Shown piece after piece: positions 26,412-38,559 of a stretch of DNA of 64,000 nt (positions are counted from its first letter, which is position 1; every line of letters starts with the position of its first letter). Position numbers and translations under genes: made by a program. The notes below the pieces were generated by a model, which was not told the origin of the DNA, made no database searches, and saw nothing but the letters and a program-made list of their open reading frames with translations. Source of the stretch: Utricularia gibba (taxonomy: Eukaryota; Plantae; Magnoliophyta); contig NEEC01000004.1 of NCBI GenBank assembly GCA_002189035.1, positions 1-64,000 on the forward strand. Direction: 5' to 3'.

Positions 26412-27232
26412 GTCATACGAATCTTGAATTTGATATATAATAAATAAATAAATGAAATATCCAAAACAAATATTTTTACTATAAAATTATATATTTTAAA
26501 CAAAAAATTTGAAACCCAAAACGTATCTTATAAAAAAAAAAATTTTAATTAACTAAAACAATTTTATATTTTCAATGTCATATAAAGAATTTCAGATGAT
26601 TTCCGATGCCTATTTATTTATTGTATTTTGAAAAATTTTGATTGATTTAAAATTCCTTTTTTAATACTGAAATGAAATCCTAAATTTATTTGTGTTGCTA
26701 AAAATTCTAATTAATTTATTGGATTTTAACATGAAAAATCTAACAAGCAATCAAAATTAATTTTATAAGAATCTATCATAGTAGTAAAGTAATTCTTAAA
26801 AATTAATTCTCGTATATTAGAATTTGATATGAGTTTTAAATACATAATCAATTCTATTGAGAATTTGAATGATTTCTAAACCTTGCTTATACCGACCGCT
26901 TGCAATGGAGTGGGCATGAAGGTCCAAATCGCGAAACAGGGAGAATAATGCAGGATACGTAAAATAGGGATATGGGTCTGTAGCAAAACGAACAATTTGA
27001 GTGGAGTTGCAGGATGATGGAAAATAGTATTTTATAAATTTACTCATTTCAAATCTTTCTCTCATATAGTAAATTTATTTTTTTTTCACATGGATTAGAC
27101 GCTTTTTTCATACAATTAGATGATAGTGGTTATTTTCCAAAATACCTTGTCGAAAATACCACCATGAGGTGAGATCAAACTTGGGGAGAGAATCGGATTA
27201 TCTGTACATGAAGACATTTACATGAATGAAAT
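26412..27232 (+). repeat. Copy A of a diverged non-coding direct repeat of about 0.8 kb (partner 30839-31662)
   Basis: Shared blocks: GTCATAC.AATCTTGAATTTGATATATAA, AAATGAAATATCCAAAACAAA, TTTTCAATGTCATATAAA, GGTCCAAATCGCGAAACAGGGAG, GTGGAGTTGCAGGATG, GTACATGAAGACATTTACATGAATGAAAT. Confidence 0.9.
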
Positions 27233-27595
27233 ATTAGCATAAAGATAAATATTTTTTTGAAAATGTTTTTTATACACATGATTCCAAATACGAATTAATA
27301 ATATTTGAAGAATTTATTTCACGTAATTATTGGATTTTATATTAATATATAATATATAACATTTAATTACATAATTATTGTATTATTCTTTAGATTAGTG
27401 ATTAATCGAAAGATTACAAATTCAACTTTTATAATCATAATACATATAAAAATTCAATAATACAAATTAGATATCTTATAATATTTAAAACAATATTTTG
27501 ATGTTAAACACGAAAAACAATAAAATTATAATTAATTTCAAAAATATTCATTTAAAAAAATGAGTTATTCTATAAAATAATTAACCCGTGGCCCC

Positions 27596-29650
27596 TTAAA
27601 TGGGAACCTGGGCTCCTGAGGACCCCGCCGCTCTCTTCTCCGCGTTGCCCAACCAATCCTTGGCACACACCAGCGCTTCCACCGTCTCCGGCCGCAACGA
27701 GCACCGGTAGCCATCCATTTCCTTGCGCACCGTGTCGAAAACAGACTCGGGAGGGACCGTGCAAACCGGGATGGACAGAATGTCCAGAGCCATCTTGGAG
27801 AGAGTTGGGTACTTGGTGTTGTTCAGCTTCCACCACCCTATGACGTCGAAGTTGGGTACGCGAGGCAGGAGCGACTCCTCCAGGTACTGCTCTAGCTCTG
27901 ACCTTTGCAGTTGGCTTGTGGTTTCCATGATGTAGACTTCAAAATCCTGGAATCCACCATTGCGCTTGGCTCCCGTGGCGTCCTCTGTCTTGATTGAAGA
28001 AGCCCCGTTTGCTTCTTCAGTATACGCAGGAGTGAGGGGTAGAGGCAGCGCCACGTACTCGAGGAAGAGTTGGTGGATCCCATCGTCGACCACCTTCACG
28101 TAGGAAGCAGCTTCGTCGCCATATATCTTTGAGAAACTGAACTCAACCAGTTTCATTTTGAACCTCGGGTCCATGGCAACGGCAATAGCTAGAATAAAGC
28201 AGCAGCTCTTGAAGTACTTGTCGAATTTCTGTTGCATCAACTTCGCCAGGTTGCTTATGAAAGCATCCTCACTGCCTGCGGCACGTTCCAACTCTAACTG
28301 AAACTTCCAGACTTGGTGGAAGAACGTGTTCGTAGTAGGAAAATCTGATGACGCCAAAAGGTTCGCCATTTCGAACACAGGCGCCAGAAAGGTCTGAGCG
28401 AGAGCTTCTACTTGCTTCCACTCCTCTTCTGTCAAGGCATCGCTGTAATCTGGGTCCCTGGTGTCCAAGCAGGAGAACACCTGCTTCAGCTCTGAAGCAG
28501 CCAGCAACATTTCGTAGGTTGTGTTCCAATGAGCGCTGTCGTCGATAGCAAGATTCCTTGAGCTTGGTACTTGGAGCTGCTGTTTCAGCTCAGTAAACAT
28601 CTCCTCACGAGACTCTGAGGTTTTGACGTACTTGACGCTGTCTCGGACTTTCTTGACGATATCCTGAACCGAAGCTAGGGATTCTTCAACCATGCTACTC
28701 ATGGAACGAGCCAAGCAATTTTCGACCAGCAACTGGCCACCAAGAACCATGGGATTCTTAACTGAGAGCAGTGCCCTTAGATTGTCAACAGCTCCATCAG
28801 CAAGAGGCTGATTAATAGTGACTGAGAACAGCTTGCCATCCATATTCCAGTCTGATAGACAAGCAGCAACCGCATGGCTGAAAGCAGTATCGGATTCTGG
28901 ATGAGGCTCCATGATCACGTTAAGAAGTTTCCGATGTAGATTCCACTCACTATCAATGAACTGCCCCGTCACAAACATGTAACCATTAGTTTGAGAAGAA
29001 GACCACAAATCCAATGTGAGACAGATTCGCCCAGGAACACCCTCCATTACCTTCTGAATGCTCTGTTTCTCCCTCAAGTAAGTTGCAACGCAGTCTCCCT
29101 GTACAGTATTAAAGCTCACCATATCAAACCGAGGCTGCAAACTCTGAGTAAACTCCACAAACCCGGGATGCTCAACAATGTGGAGAGGATAATCATGCAT
29201 GATAATCATCTTAGCAATCTTGTGTCTACTGATATCGGCATCAGAGGAGACAAATGGCACAGAGGATGTCCGGGACCGTTTCTTTGGCGTCGCAAGAATG
29301 CCCATCTTCGAAGGTGCGCTATATGCAGACATCTGGTATTTCTCCTGATTACGTTGGACAACAGGGCATGTACCCTTGGCAATATGACGCATGAGATGAC
29401 TTGTACCAGAAACTTTAGACCCATTACTATAAGCAAACGGCTGCCTGCATTGCTTGCAGTAGGCCTTCCGAATTCCAGGAGCAACAGTTTCAATGGTAAA
29501 ATGCTCCCATACTGCAGACTTTTTCTTCCTACGCTTTGTTGGAACTTCGTTTTCCATACCGATTGGTGTTGCTGTTTCCACTGGGCTGGGTGCTTCCACG
29601 GGTACGATGTCAAGTTGCATATCTCCATCCTTGAAATCCATCTCCTCCAT
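27596..29650 (-). CDS. DAYSLEEPER: BED zinc-finger domesticated hAT transposase (DAYSLEEPER), intronless CDS, 684 aa from ATG at 29650
   Basis: KRRKKKSAVWEHF...CKQC...GTSHLMRH BED finger, MIIMHDYPLHIVEH, MDPRFKMKLVEFSFSKI, C-terminal hAT dimerisation domain WWKLNNTKYPTLSKMALDILSIP...RCSLRPETVEALVCAKDWL. A 5'-UTR intron donor is at 30002. Confidence 0.93.
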   Translation of the reverse strand: MEEMDFKDGDMQLDIVPVEAPSPVETATPIGMENEVPTKRRKKKSAVWEHFTIETVAPGIRKAYCKQCRQPFAYSNGSKVSGTSHLMRHIAKGTCPVVQRNQEKYQMSAYSAPSKMGILATPKKRSRTSSVPFVSSDADISRHKIAKMIIMHDYPLHIVEHPGFVEFTQSLQPRFDMVSFNTVQGDCVATYLREKQSIQKVMEGVPGRICLTLDLWSSSQTNGYMFVTGQFIDSEWNLHRKLLNVIMEPHPESDTAFSHAVAACLSDWNMDGKLFSVTINQPLADGAVDNLRALLSVKNPMVLGGQLLVENCLARSMSSMVEESLASVQDIVKKVRDSVKYVKTSESREEMFTELKQQLQVPSSRNLAIDDSAHWNTTYEMLLAASELKQVFSCLDTRDPDYSDALTEEEWKQVEALAQTFLAPVFEMANLLASSDFPTTNTFFHQVWKFQLELERAAGSEDAFISNLAKLMQQKFDKYFKSCCFILAIAVAMDPRFKMKLVEFSFSKIYGDEAASYVKVVDDGIHQLFLEYVALPLPLTPAYTEEANGASSIKTEDATGAKRNGGFQDFEVYIMETTSQLQRSELEQYLEESLLPRVPNFDVIGWWKLNNTKYPTLSKMALDILSIPVCTVPPESVFDTVRKEMDGYRCSLRPETVEALVCAKDWLGNAEKRAAGSSGAQVPI

Positions 29651-30177
29651 GGTTAACCCATAACTCAAATGGGCAGTTTGCAAGAAGACGTTAATAGTTA
29701 ACCAATTCAAAGCTGTAAACTTTTAGTCGTCCAAGGAAATTGGGCCAACAAACAGAAAAAGAAACAGGCCAACGATCCACACCTAAGTGTCATATTCACC
29801 GAAGCAACCCACACCCAATTGTCCACCTATTATAAATTACTGGACCGAGTGGACCAGAGACGCCAGAAAATAGAGTACCCATAAACATTTCTGCACCCAA
29901 CTCACACAAAAAAAGAATTACACGAAAAAGACCGTCGCCTCATGAAAAAAAAAAAAAAGAGATTCTTCGAAACACCGACGCAGAAACCCTAAATCGTCGT
30001 ACCGGCCAAACAAGATCGGACACCGATGAGCGCCACCGTCAGAGAAGGAACTCCAGCGAATCTCCCCCTTCTCAGATCTAGGGCTGCGGTGTGAGAAGCG
30101 AGTTGGGCTTGGAATTGGACCTTGAATCAACTCTTTTTTTTTCTGCGTTGGTGGGTTTGAATTTGGTTGGCGATAAC

Positions 30178-30736
30178 TAGGGATGAAAGTTAAAGCTCAA
30201 GCCCGTGGGCCGGCCCGGCCGGCCCTAAAAACATCGGGCATGGGCCTATGCATTGATGACCCGAAAGATTGTCGAGCTTTTTGGCCCGAAGCCCTAAGCC
30301 CTTAGGGTCTATTGGGCTTAGGGCCTTAAAGCCCGACGGGCCTAGGGCCAATTTAAAAATATGATTTTTATATATGATAATTATAATTTATTTTTAATTT
30401 TTAATAATTAAAATTCATTTTATATGCATTATTTTATTTTTAGAATAGACAATATGAATTAATAATTTATATAATAATTTTAAATTTTTTTCTATAAATT
30501 ATTTAAATAATATTCAAATGTATATTAATGTTTAATAATTTTTTAAAATTTTTTATTTATTACATGATAGGCTCGTGGGCCGGGTAGAGCCAGCCCGGCC
30601 CAATGAATAATCGGGCTAGAACCATGCTAATCATATTTTTGTGTAATCGGGCTATAACCCGGCCTTAGCCCGAAACTTGACGAGGCCCCCTGAAATAGGG
30701 TCGGGTCGGCCCGGACCGGCCCAACTTTCATCTTTA
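30178..30736. mobile_element. Non-autonomous hAT (Ac/Ds-type) MITE, 559 bp, with perfect 8-bp TSD GCGATAAC
   Basis: Left TIR TAGGGATGAAAGTT (30178-30191). Right end AACTTTCATCTTTA (30723-30736; 12/14 match). GCGATAAC at 30170-30177 and 30737-30744. GC-rich GCCCG/GGGC subterminal repeats around an AT-rich core. Confidence 0.95.
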
Positions 30737-30838
30737 GCGATAACTCTGGGGCGGGCGGTACCAAAAAAATTCGAAAACCAAATCGGATATGGACTTTCAG
30801 GTCCGGTCCATTCAAAATCCACCAACGCGCGCGTGCGG

Positions 30839-31662
30839 GTCATACTAATCTTGAATTTGATATATAACAAATGAATAAATGAAATATCCAAAACAAACAT
30901 TTTTTTTATAAAATTATATAATTTAAATTAAAAACTTTCAGACCAAAAATGTATCTTATAAAACAAGATAGAATTTTTAATTCACTAAAAGAATTTTATA
31001 TTTTCAATGTCATATAAATAATGTCAGATGATTTTCGATTTTTATTTATTTATTATATTTTAGAAAGTGTTGATTGGTTTAAAATGACTTTTTCAATATT
31101 GAAATAAAATTAGAAAGTTGTTCATGTTATTTAAAATTTTAATTGATTTGTTGGATTTTCACAGGAAAAAGAGAACATACGAAATAATTATAGTAATGTT
31201 TTGAAAAATTTATAGAAGTTATTTTTTATTTTTTTAAAATTATTTTAGAAAAATAAAAATAATCTATTTAGAAAAGTAAAAATAAAAAGTAAAAACAATC
31301 TAATTCATATTTTTTCAAAAATAATTTTTGTATTATAATTTTATGAGAATAGTGCTTATGATATATAAGTGATTGCCTAAATTCTTCAATTCATGGATTT
31401 GAATGCATTGATTCTTAATTTTAAAAATTATAAGTAACATACCTACCTACCGCTTGAGATGGAGTGGGAAGGCATTGAGGTCCAAATCGCGAAACAGGGA
31501 GGAGAGACGATGCAGGACACGCAAAATAGGGACATGTGTTTGTAGCACAACGAACAATTTGGGTGGAGTTGCAGGATGGTGGAACATGCCGCCGTGAAAG
31601 TGAGATCAAAGTTGGGAAGAGAAGCGGATTATCGGTACATGAAGACATTTACATGAATGAAA
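30839..31662 (+). repeat. Copy B of the direct repeat of about 0.8 kb (partner 26412-27232); upstream region of the GDSL gene
   Basis: Same collinear blocks as copy A, in the same orientation. Confidence 0.9.
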
Positions 31663-32062
31663 TCAGTGAAGTGAGTCGTTTCTTGGGCGGAGGATGGATG
31701 TTCAGATCAGGAGATCGACATCTTTTCCATTGACGTCACATCTACCTCGCCCACATAAGTGCATTATTGAGGCTTGGTGCTTTTGGACAGACGTTAGGGA
31801 AGGATGGTTATGGAGGGTGCTTCTTGACTTGTGGGTGGTATGTCAGCAGCTGTATCCCATAGTCAAAGATACCCGAAACACGGAGGAGGATTTGCAGAAT
31901 CACAAGCATGCTGTTGTGATTTTAAAGCATCGGCGGCACCCCATCTCTTAAATGCTGGAAGATACGGATTCCCCTCTGTGTCTTCTGTCCTGGAAACCAT
32001 TTCTTCTTTCATGGGTTAACCGCCCCCTCACGAGTATTCATTTCATTTCGTCCCTGTCTGCA

Positions 32063-33673
32063 ATGGCGTCAATTGGAAGTACTCTTGTCGGGTTTTTGTT
32101 CCTGTTACTGGTGTATGCTGATGATGAGAGCATGATGAACTCACCGCCTTGTAGCTTTCCGGCGATTTTTGCATTTGGTGATTCCAACACGGACACGGGA
32201 GGAATAGCTGCCGCCTTCTATCCTCCGGTGTCCCCCTTTGGCCAGACATTCTTCCACCGACCTGTCGGCAGGGCTTCCGATGGCCGTCTGATGATCGATT
32301 TCTTGGGTAAGAGACTGAAACTTGCTGTTTAGTGTCACCGTTTCCAGTTTAAACGATTGGGATCTGATTTTGATGAAGCTGATCATATGGGGCTGCCGTA
32401 TTTGAGCTCCTACCTGGATTCAGTTGGTACAAGTTACAGACACGGTGCGAATTTCGCAACTGGTGGTGCAACCATCATGCGTCCTGATGGTTCATGGTTC
32501 GAGCATGGAGTTAGCCCCTTCTCTCTTGAAGTCCAAGTGGAGCATTACACTCAGTTTAAGGCCAAAACAGAGTACTTTCACTCGGGTCCTCCTCTCCCCA
32601 TATTCTCTTGAAATGCAGAGCACTCTTCCCTTTTACTGATCAAAGCTTTAGGTGATCTTCAGAAATAGGGACCTGCAGGAGACGGCTGACGAAGCTCAAG
32701 TACTTCTCTGAAGCCCTGTTCATCGTCGACATCGGGCAGAACGATCTTGCTGCAGGTCTGAGAAGGAATTGGTCTCCCCAACTCCAGAAACAAGCTCTTC
32801 CTGGCATCATCAAACTGTTCATAGCACAAATGAATGTAAGTTACTCAGTTCATCTATTAAGGCAGGAAGCAATCTTAGCAAATAGATAGTTTCTCAAAAT
32901 CAGATGACCATTGCAGACGTTGTATGAAAGGGGTGCAAGGTTTTTCTGGGTTCACAACACTGGCCCCATTGGGTGTCTTCCGGTGAGCATGGTTAAGGTA
33001 CAGAACCCTGTGCCGGATTACACTGATCCCTATGGCTGTGTGAGGATCCAAAATGAGATTGCCCTGGAGTTCAACCGGCAGTTGAAAGATGGGATTGATG
33101 GCCTGAGATCAAATCACTCTGATGCCTCCATCATCTATGTAGACATGTACCGCGCCAAGTATGATTTGATAAGCAACGCAAAACTTATGGGTAATCATCA
33201 TTTTCTTCTTCTATACTCGAATGATATGTGAAGATCATGTGATTCAATATTTAATGCAATAGTAGAGAAACAAGAAACAGACACAGAGACGGTCAGTGAC
33301 AAAAATGCAGGTCTCATCTTACCTGGAAGCACATCATTGAATTGAAGCTGAAATATGTTACCAGAGCTACTGCTGATCTCTGATAAGATTCCTCTTCTTG
33401 ATTGCAGGATTTGTGGAACCTTCAAGGATCTGCTGCGGCCATCATGGAGTAGACTATGATATCTGGTGTGGAAATACAGGAAATGTAAATGGAAGCCAAG
33501 TCTTTGCAGATTCTTGCACAAACCCCGCAGCAGTGATTAGCTGGGATGGTGTGCATTACAGTGAAGCTGCAAACAGATGGATTGTTGACCGTATTGTGGG
33601 TGGATCTTTCTCCGATCCACCTGTTGGAATCAAGGAAATATGCCTTAAGGCACCATCAGAGTTGCATAAATGA
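32063..33673 (+). CDS. GDSL esterase/lipase, secreted, 5 exons
   Basis: Signal peptide; block I FAFGDSNTDTGG; GRASDGRLMIDF; GANFATGGA; DIGQNDL; HNTGPIGCLP; block V SWDGVHYSEAAN. Confidence 0.96.
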
Positions 33674-33821
33674 TCCATTTCGTTTACCACTAAGGTAAGG
33701 GAAACATTTACAAGCATCTGGCAACATAAAGTCACGATTATCACCTAACTTACTCTTTCTACTCATGCTACACTGACTGGGTCTAGTTTACAGGACAATT
33801 GCGAAGATCATAAATCTAGCT

Positions 33822-35737
33822 TCACTGACGATATCCTTCGGGAAGTGGAACAACTCGATGGAAGGGTACAAGGCGCTGAGGCAATGATCCATCCTCCTCA
33901 TCATCATCGAACTCCAGGATGTAACTGCCGACACAAAAATTTATTTTTAGGACCTCGGCTTGTTTCAAGTAGCTTGTTAGTCCTTAAAGTTGTTGCCTTT
34001 AAAACAATGTGATCAACATTATAACTTCACTTACTCATCATTCTTCTTCTGCTGACCCGTGAATCATGACCACCAACGTGTGTGTATTTTAGACAAACCA
34101 GAGTTAGATTCACATAATTCATCTGCAATAAACGAACGTATATGCAAATTATACCTTCCGAGTTTGGACAACAGTTGCTTTGTACAGCGCTGTGGTTTCT
34201 GGATATACAGCCAAGACGTCTTTCCCAGCAGGAAAATCAGGGGCACTAGAAGGGTCATTTCGCCTTGGGAAAGGAATGATATGTGACATGGGCAGCTTGT
34301 ACTTTCTAAGAGAAAATACAGAAAATCCGTTGAGGGACTTGGTTTCAAATCTTAGGTAATGCTTAGGTGATTGGAGAACCAACCTCTGTCCAGTGCTTTC
34401 TTCATCATCCCCTGGTTCCTCATCAAGTACTTCAAATCTGCTCAAGGATAAAAACAGTGAGATGGATTAAAATGAGCACAGCAGTTTAGAAACCATCACC
34501 AGATCGAAATGGAATCTTTAGTCAGCAAGCATCAATAACGAGTTTAATTAGGCAAGAATCAAGCATGGGAAAACTGCTACATTTGTAATTTTCCTGGTAT
34601 CAGAGCGGGCAAAGAGCAGACATGAAAACTGTGCAGCCAAAGGGATTTACAGTCTGGAACAATACTTACTCTCTTGATTCCTTGTCAAAATGGATTACTT
34701 TAACTACAAACCATTCATCCTTTCCGGCATCTTCTTGGCTGACCCTGGCGGCAACCTAGGTTACATAGAAGGTCCGAATCAGAGGAGATAATAACTTTCA
34801 CTTATTAACACACGTAGATACAGAAAAAGTTTCTCAAGTTAAAAGACGATTTCACATGAAAAAGCTGACCACATACTTGTTCGCCCTTCAAATTAGCAAG
34901 AGATTCAAGCTGGCTACGCATAGATGCTGAAAGTCTTGGGACTTCAGAATCCACCTTCATTCTCTTTTTCTTTGGCTCACCGCCTTCTGTATAATCAAGA
35001 TTCAATGTTACATTGCTGGGAAAAAGAAAATTGTATTCCAACAACATCTACTGACATCGATCAGCTCAATTACAAACCTATCCTTCTTCGATGTTGCCCC
35101 TGGTTTCCCGAAGGAAGTATTGCGTCAATCTGTCCTAGTAATACATTTGAAATACTGCAAAACCAGAGAAAACAGAAGCATTTGTTGAAAATCAGTTCAC
35201 AAAAGATAACAGATGAGGCCAGACGCAATCATACGTTACTTCATTCTCAGACAGCTCTTTGACTTGAGTATATAGCATCTTCAGCCGTGAGAGAGAATTG
35301 TCACCAGGCTTTTCAACAACCTCCGGCGCTGCATGGCCAAAAGGCAATTGAAACCCGTAAACAATCTACAGTCAAAACAGAGGGCTTTGAAAAGGCAACT
35401 GAAGATCTGCAGAGTTAGGCTACTCAATCACTAAACTCTCCGCGAAGTAAACAACTTCACCACCGATAATGAAGCTGATATCGAAATACTCAACTGAATC
35501 CTCTTCCATTCCAAAACCCAGAATTTTTTTTAAAAAAATAATTCCAAATTAAGGCAATCATATAATCGGCTGCAATTACGCAACATCAAAATCGGCTTCC
35601 AAAAGTTGAGCACACTCACTAGTTTGGAGTTTCTTATGCATCCTGTTGATCTCCAGGATTAAATCCTCCTGCTCCTTCCTCAGCCGCTCCAGCTCCTTAG
35701 AGTTGTCCAAGATTCCAGAAATATCCGGAGACGACAT
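33822..35737 (-). CDS. SGF29: SAGA-associated factor 29 (tandem Tudor)
   Basis: MSSPDISGILDNSKELERLRKEQEDLILEINRMHKKL, LANLKGEQV, FEVLDEEPGDDEE, VLAVYPETTALYKATV, LEFDDDEEDGSLPQRLVPFHRVVPLPEGYRQ*. Confidence 0.95.
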
Positions 35738-36283
35738 GGGTATCTGGCGATCGCATCAACGCCTTAAGCTCGAAATCAACATCAAGGAGCCGGGAACGGG
35801 ACACCCATCAGACTGCGAATCAAAATCAAAACCTTTTCTTGGATTCCACAGCAAATGATCTGTTAATGGAAACTTTAATCTAACTTCTGAGGAGTTCGGT
35901 TTGGGGATTCGAATATTGGGTCGATAGACGAGGTCAATCATGGGAATTTTGTCGAATATTTTTACACGTGGCGGCTCCGCCCCCTTTCTCACTCCGCCCC
36001 CTTTTCAAGGAAATTACGAGTTTACCCTTCGAACACTTCCAAACTCGGGAAATTTGATTTTGCATCAACTCAAATACATACTGCTTTGTAAAATCAGCAC
36101 TTGAGAAGAAGCTCTTCACCCAGTTCGCCTGCATTTTCGGCAATGGCCTGTAGCTTTCACCTGCAAAGTTTCTTCTTTTAGGACGAACGGAGACGCTGAA
36201 AAACTTGGGTCGTGTTTCAGGTTGCATGGCTGCAACTGAGGGTGCCCTGTTGGTCAGCAGGCGATGCGATTCAGCTTCCCACT

Positions 36284-38559
36284 CTATATGTATCCCTTGG
36301 TGATTTCTTCTTCAAGCTCTTGGAACTCCCAAGCGTCGTCTGCGGAGTAGTTACCTGCAGACGGCAGCAAGATCACAAAAAGGAGCCGGCTGGAAATGAA
36401 TCTTGTAGGTAGGGGAGCGTTTACCTATCGAGTCTCTCCGCAATGCTGTCAAATGTGCGCAGCTGCAATAGATGAACACAATGTCACTGGGGTTCGAAGT
36501 TTGGGTGTAGGATATGGGATATGTAAATGATGGAGATGATGTGCAGGATTACCTGCCCAATGCCTTTCCGAGATCAGCTGAAAGAGATCGAATGTAGGTT
36601 CCCTTGGAGCAAGTCACACAGAAAACAAGGTTTTGCCTGCGGAGGAACATATAGATGAAGAAAAAAACAACAGAAGGAACCCCAAATGTGTTCTTTTACC
36701 TATCATCTAAACTTCTTTCAATATCAAAGCGAAAGATAGCAATTTTTCTAGGAGAAAGTTCGATGCTTTCGCCTTTTCGGGCTTTCTCATACATCCGCTC
36801 TCCTCCAACCTGATATGGAAAAGAGTAATGAGATGAAACAACAAAGCATCTGAAAACCAACATGGAAGGTGTGCAATTATCTTACTTTGATAGCCGAGAA
36901 CATAGGGGGAACTTGCCATATCTCCCCACAAAAGGATGCAGCAGCTTTTTTTATCTGCTCATCCTTGATGTGCTCCCATGGCTCCCGCTGAATCACCTGA
37001 AAATAACACACAGCAATAATGTGATTCTCTATGAAATGAGTAAGAAACCAGTATTTTCTAAGCAGTGAACATACGGGTGAATCAGCATCCCATGTCGATG
37101 TGGCTTCTCCTAAACGGATGATTCCACTGTAGCCCTTTATCATCCCTTGGTATCTGCCTCAGTAAACAACAAGCATCACGACGTATTTTCAGTCACATGC
37201 TAATCAAAATCACGCGTTCTGCTTAAACAGCAGAGTCCTTGCCAGGACTATGACTATACATACACATCCTTTGCAATGAGTGAAATTCCAAGATGTTCAT
37301 AAGGACACAATGAGATTACCTGTCAACCACCTTTGTAGCTTTACCAATGCATACAATGAGCAATCCTGTAGCCATAGGATCTAAAGTGCCAGCATGTCCG
37401 ACCTGTGTTATGACAGGGGAATTCATTAGAATACACACGTTAAAAAAAAGATCATTCCTTCATTCCTAAAGCAAAAACCTTTTTAACTTTGACTAGCCGT
37501 CGCAGCTTCCCACAAACTGTAAACGATGTCCAACCTGTTTAATGTGTATAGAATTAAAAAAAAAGGCATAAAAACTGATAAGTGCCTGTGAAAAACCCAA
37601 CATAAGAAAAGCTCAACGCATTGGAGATTTACAAAGATATAACCTTTAGGTTTGTTCACCAGAAGAACAGTTCCACCAGGACTATCCCATGTAGGAGGAA
37701 GTCCACTTCTCCTAGTCGAAAGAAAGGGCTGTGTGCTAGTATCATCTTCACCATTCTCATTGGGGCATTTCTTCAAACCCTTGAAGAAGTCCTCCACTTT
37801 CTTCTCCGTAACATGTTCAACTTTCACATCCTTTGTTTCCTTCTTGCTTTTATCAAAAAATACCAACTTTTCTTCGCTTTCCCCTGCAGTTTCAGACCCC
37901 TTGCTGTTAACATTGCGTTTCCCTGGATCGAGAAACGCCTTATCGAAACACTGATCAGGAAAATACTTCTTCTCCAACTGATACACCATCTTGTAGTGCT
38001 TGTTTTGCTCCCAAGGATATGCAAAAGCGTCGTAGAAATACAACTCTTCCTCTCTCTTATGATACGTCCGCATCTCCACTACCTCCTGCTTCAGCTCAAT
38101 GAAATCACCTTCTTGCTTCCGCCGCCCACCATTCTCTTCCTCAGACTCCGACTCCCCATACATCCTTTTCCTTCTCTTCCTGTAGTATTTCCTCTTACCC
38201 TTGTCCATCACATGCTTCCCTTCATCATCATTCCCCTCTTCAGTAGACAGCTTTCTCTCGACCCACTCATCAAATCCCATTTCATCGTCAGCTCCAGCAC
38301 CTCTGGGCTCTGGAGCATTAAGCGCCGCCGGAGAACGGCGGGATATTTTCCGGGGCAAGGGATTTGCCGGTCGAGATATAACCAATTCATACTGAAGTGG
38401 ATATCGAGTTGCTGGAGTCGAAAAAAACTTCTGGGAAGAATCTTTGATCGGACCGAAAGAAAGAAGCCGAAATGCTGCGGAGAGAGACACCGTAGACATG
38501 GAGTTATCGCGGCTGAGGCGGAAGAGCAAAAGGACGCCGGTAGACTTCGCCAAGGCCAT
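36284..38559 (-). CDS. TruB: tRNA pseudouridine-55 synthase TruB, organellar (plastid-type long N-terminus); start 38559 or 38565
   Basis: [102 protein letters not shown]. Confidence 0.95.

Noticed and set aside
27596-29710. Autonomous hAT transposon
   Set aside because: No TIR/TSD around the ORF, the second catalytic Asp is missing, and the sequence matches conserved DAYSLEEPER. The adjacent MITE has its own closed TSD and does not include the ORF.
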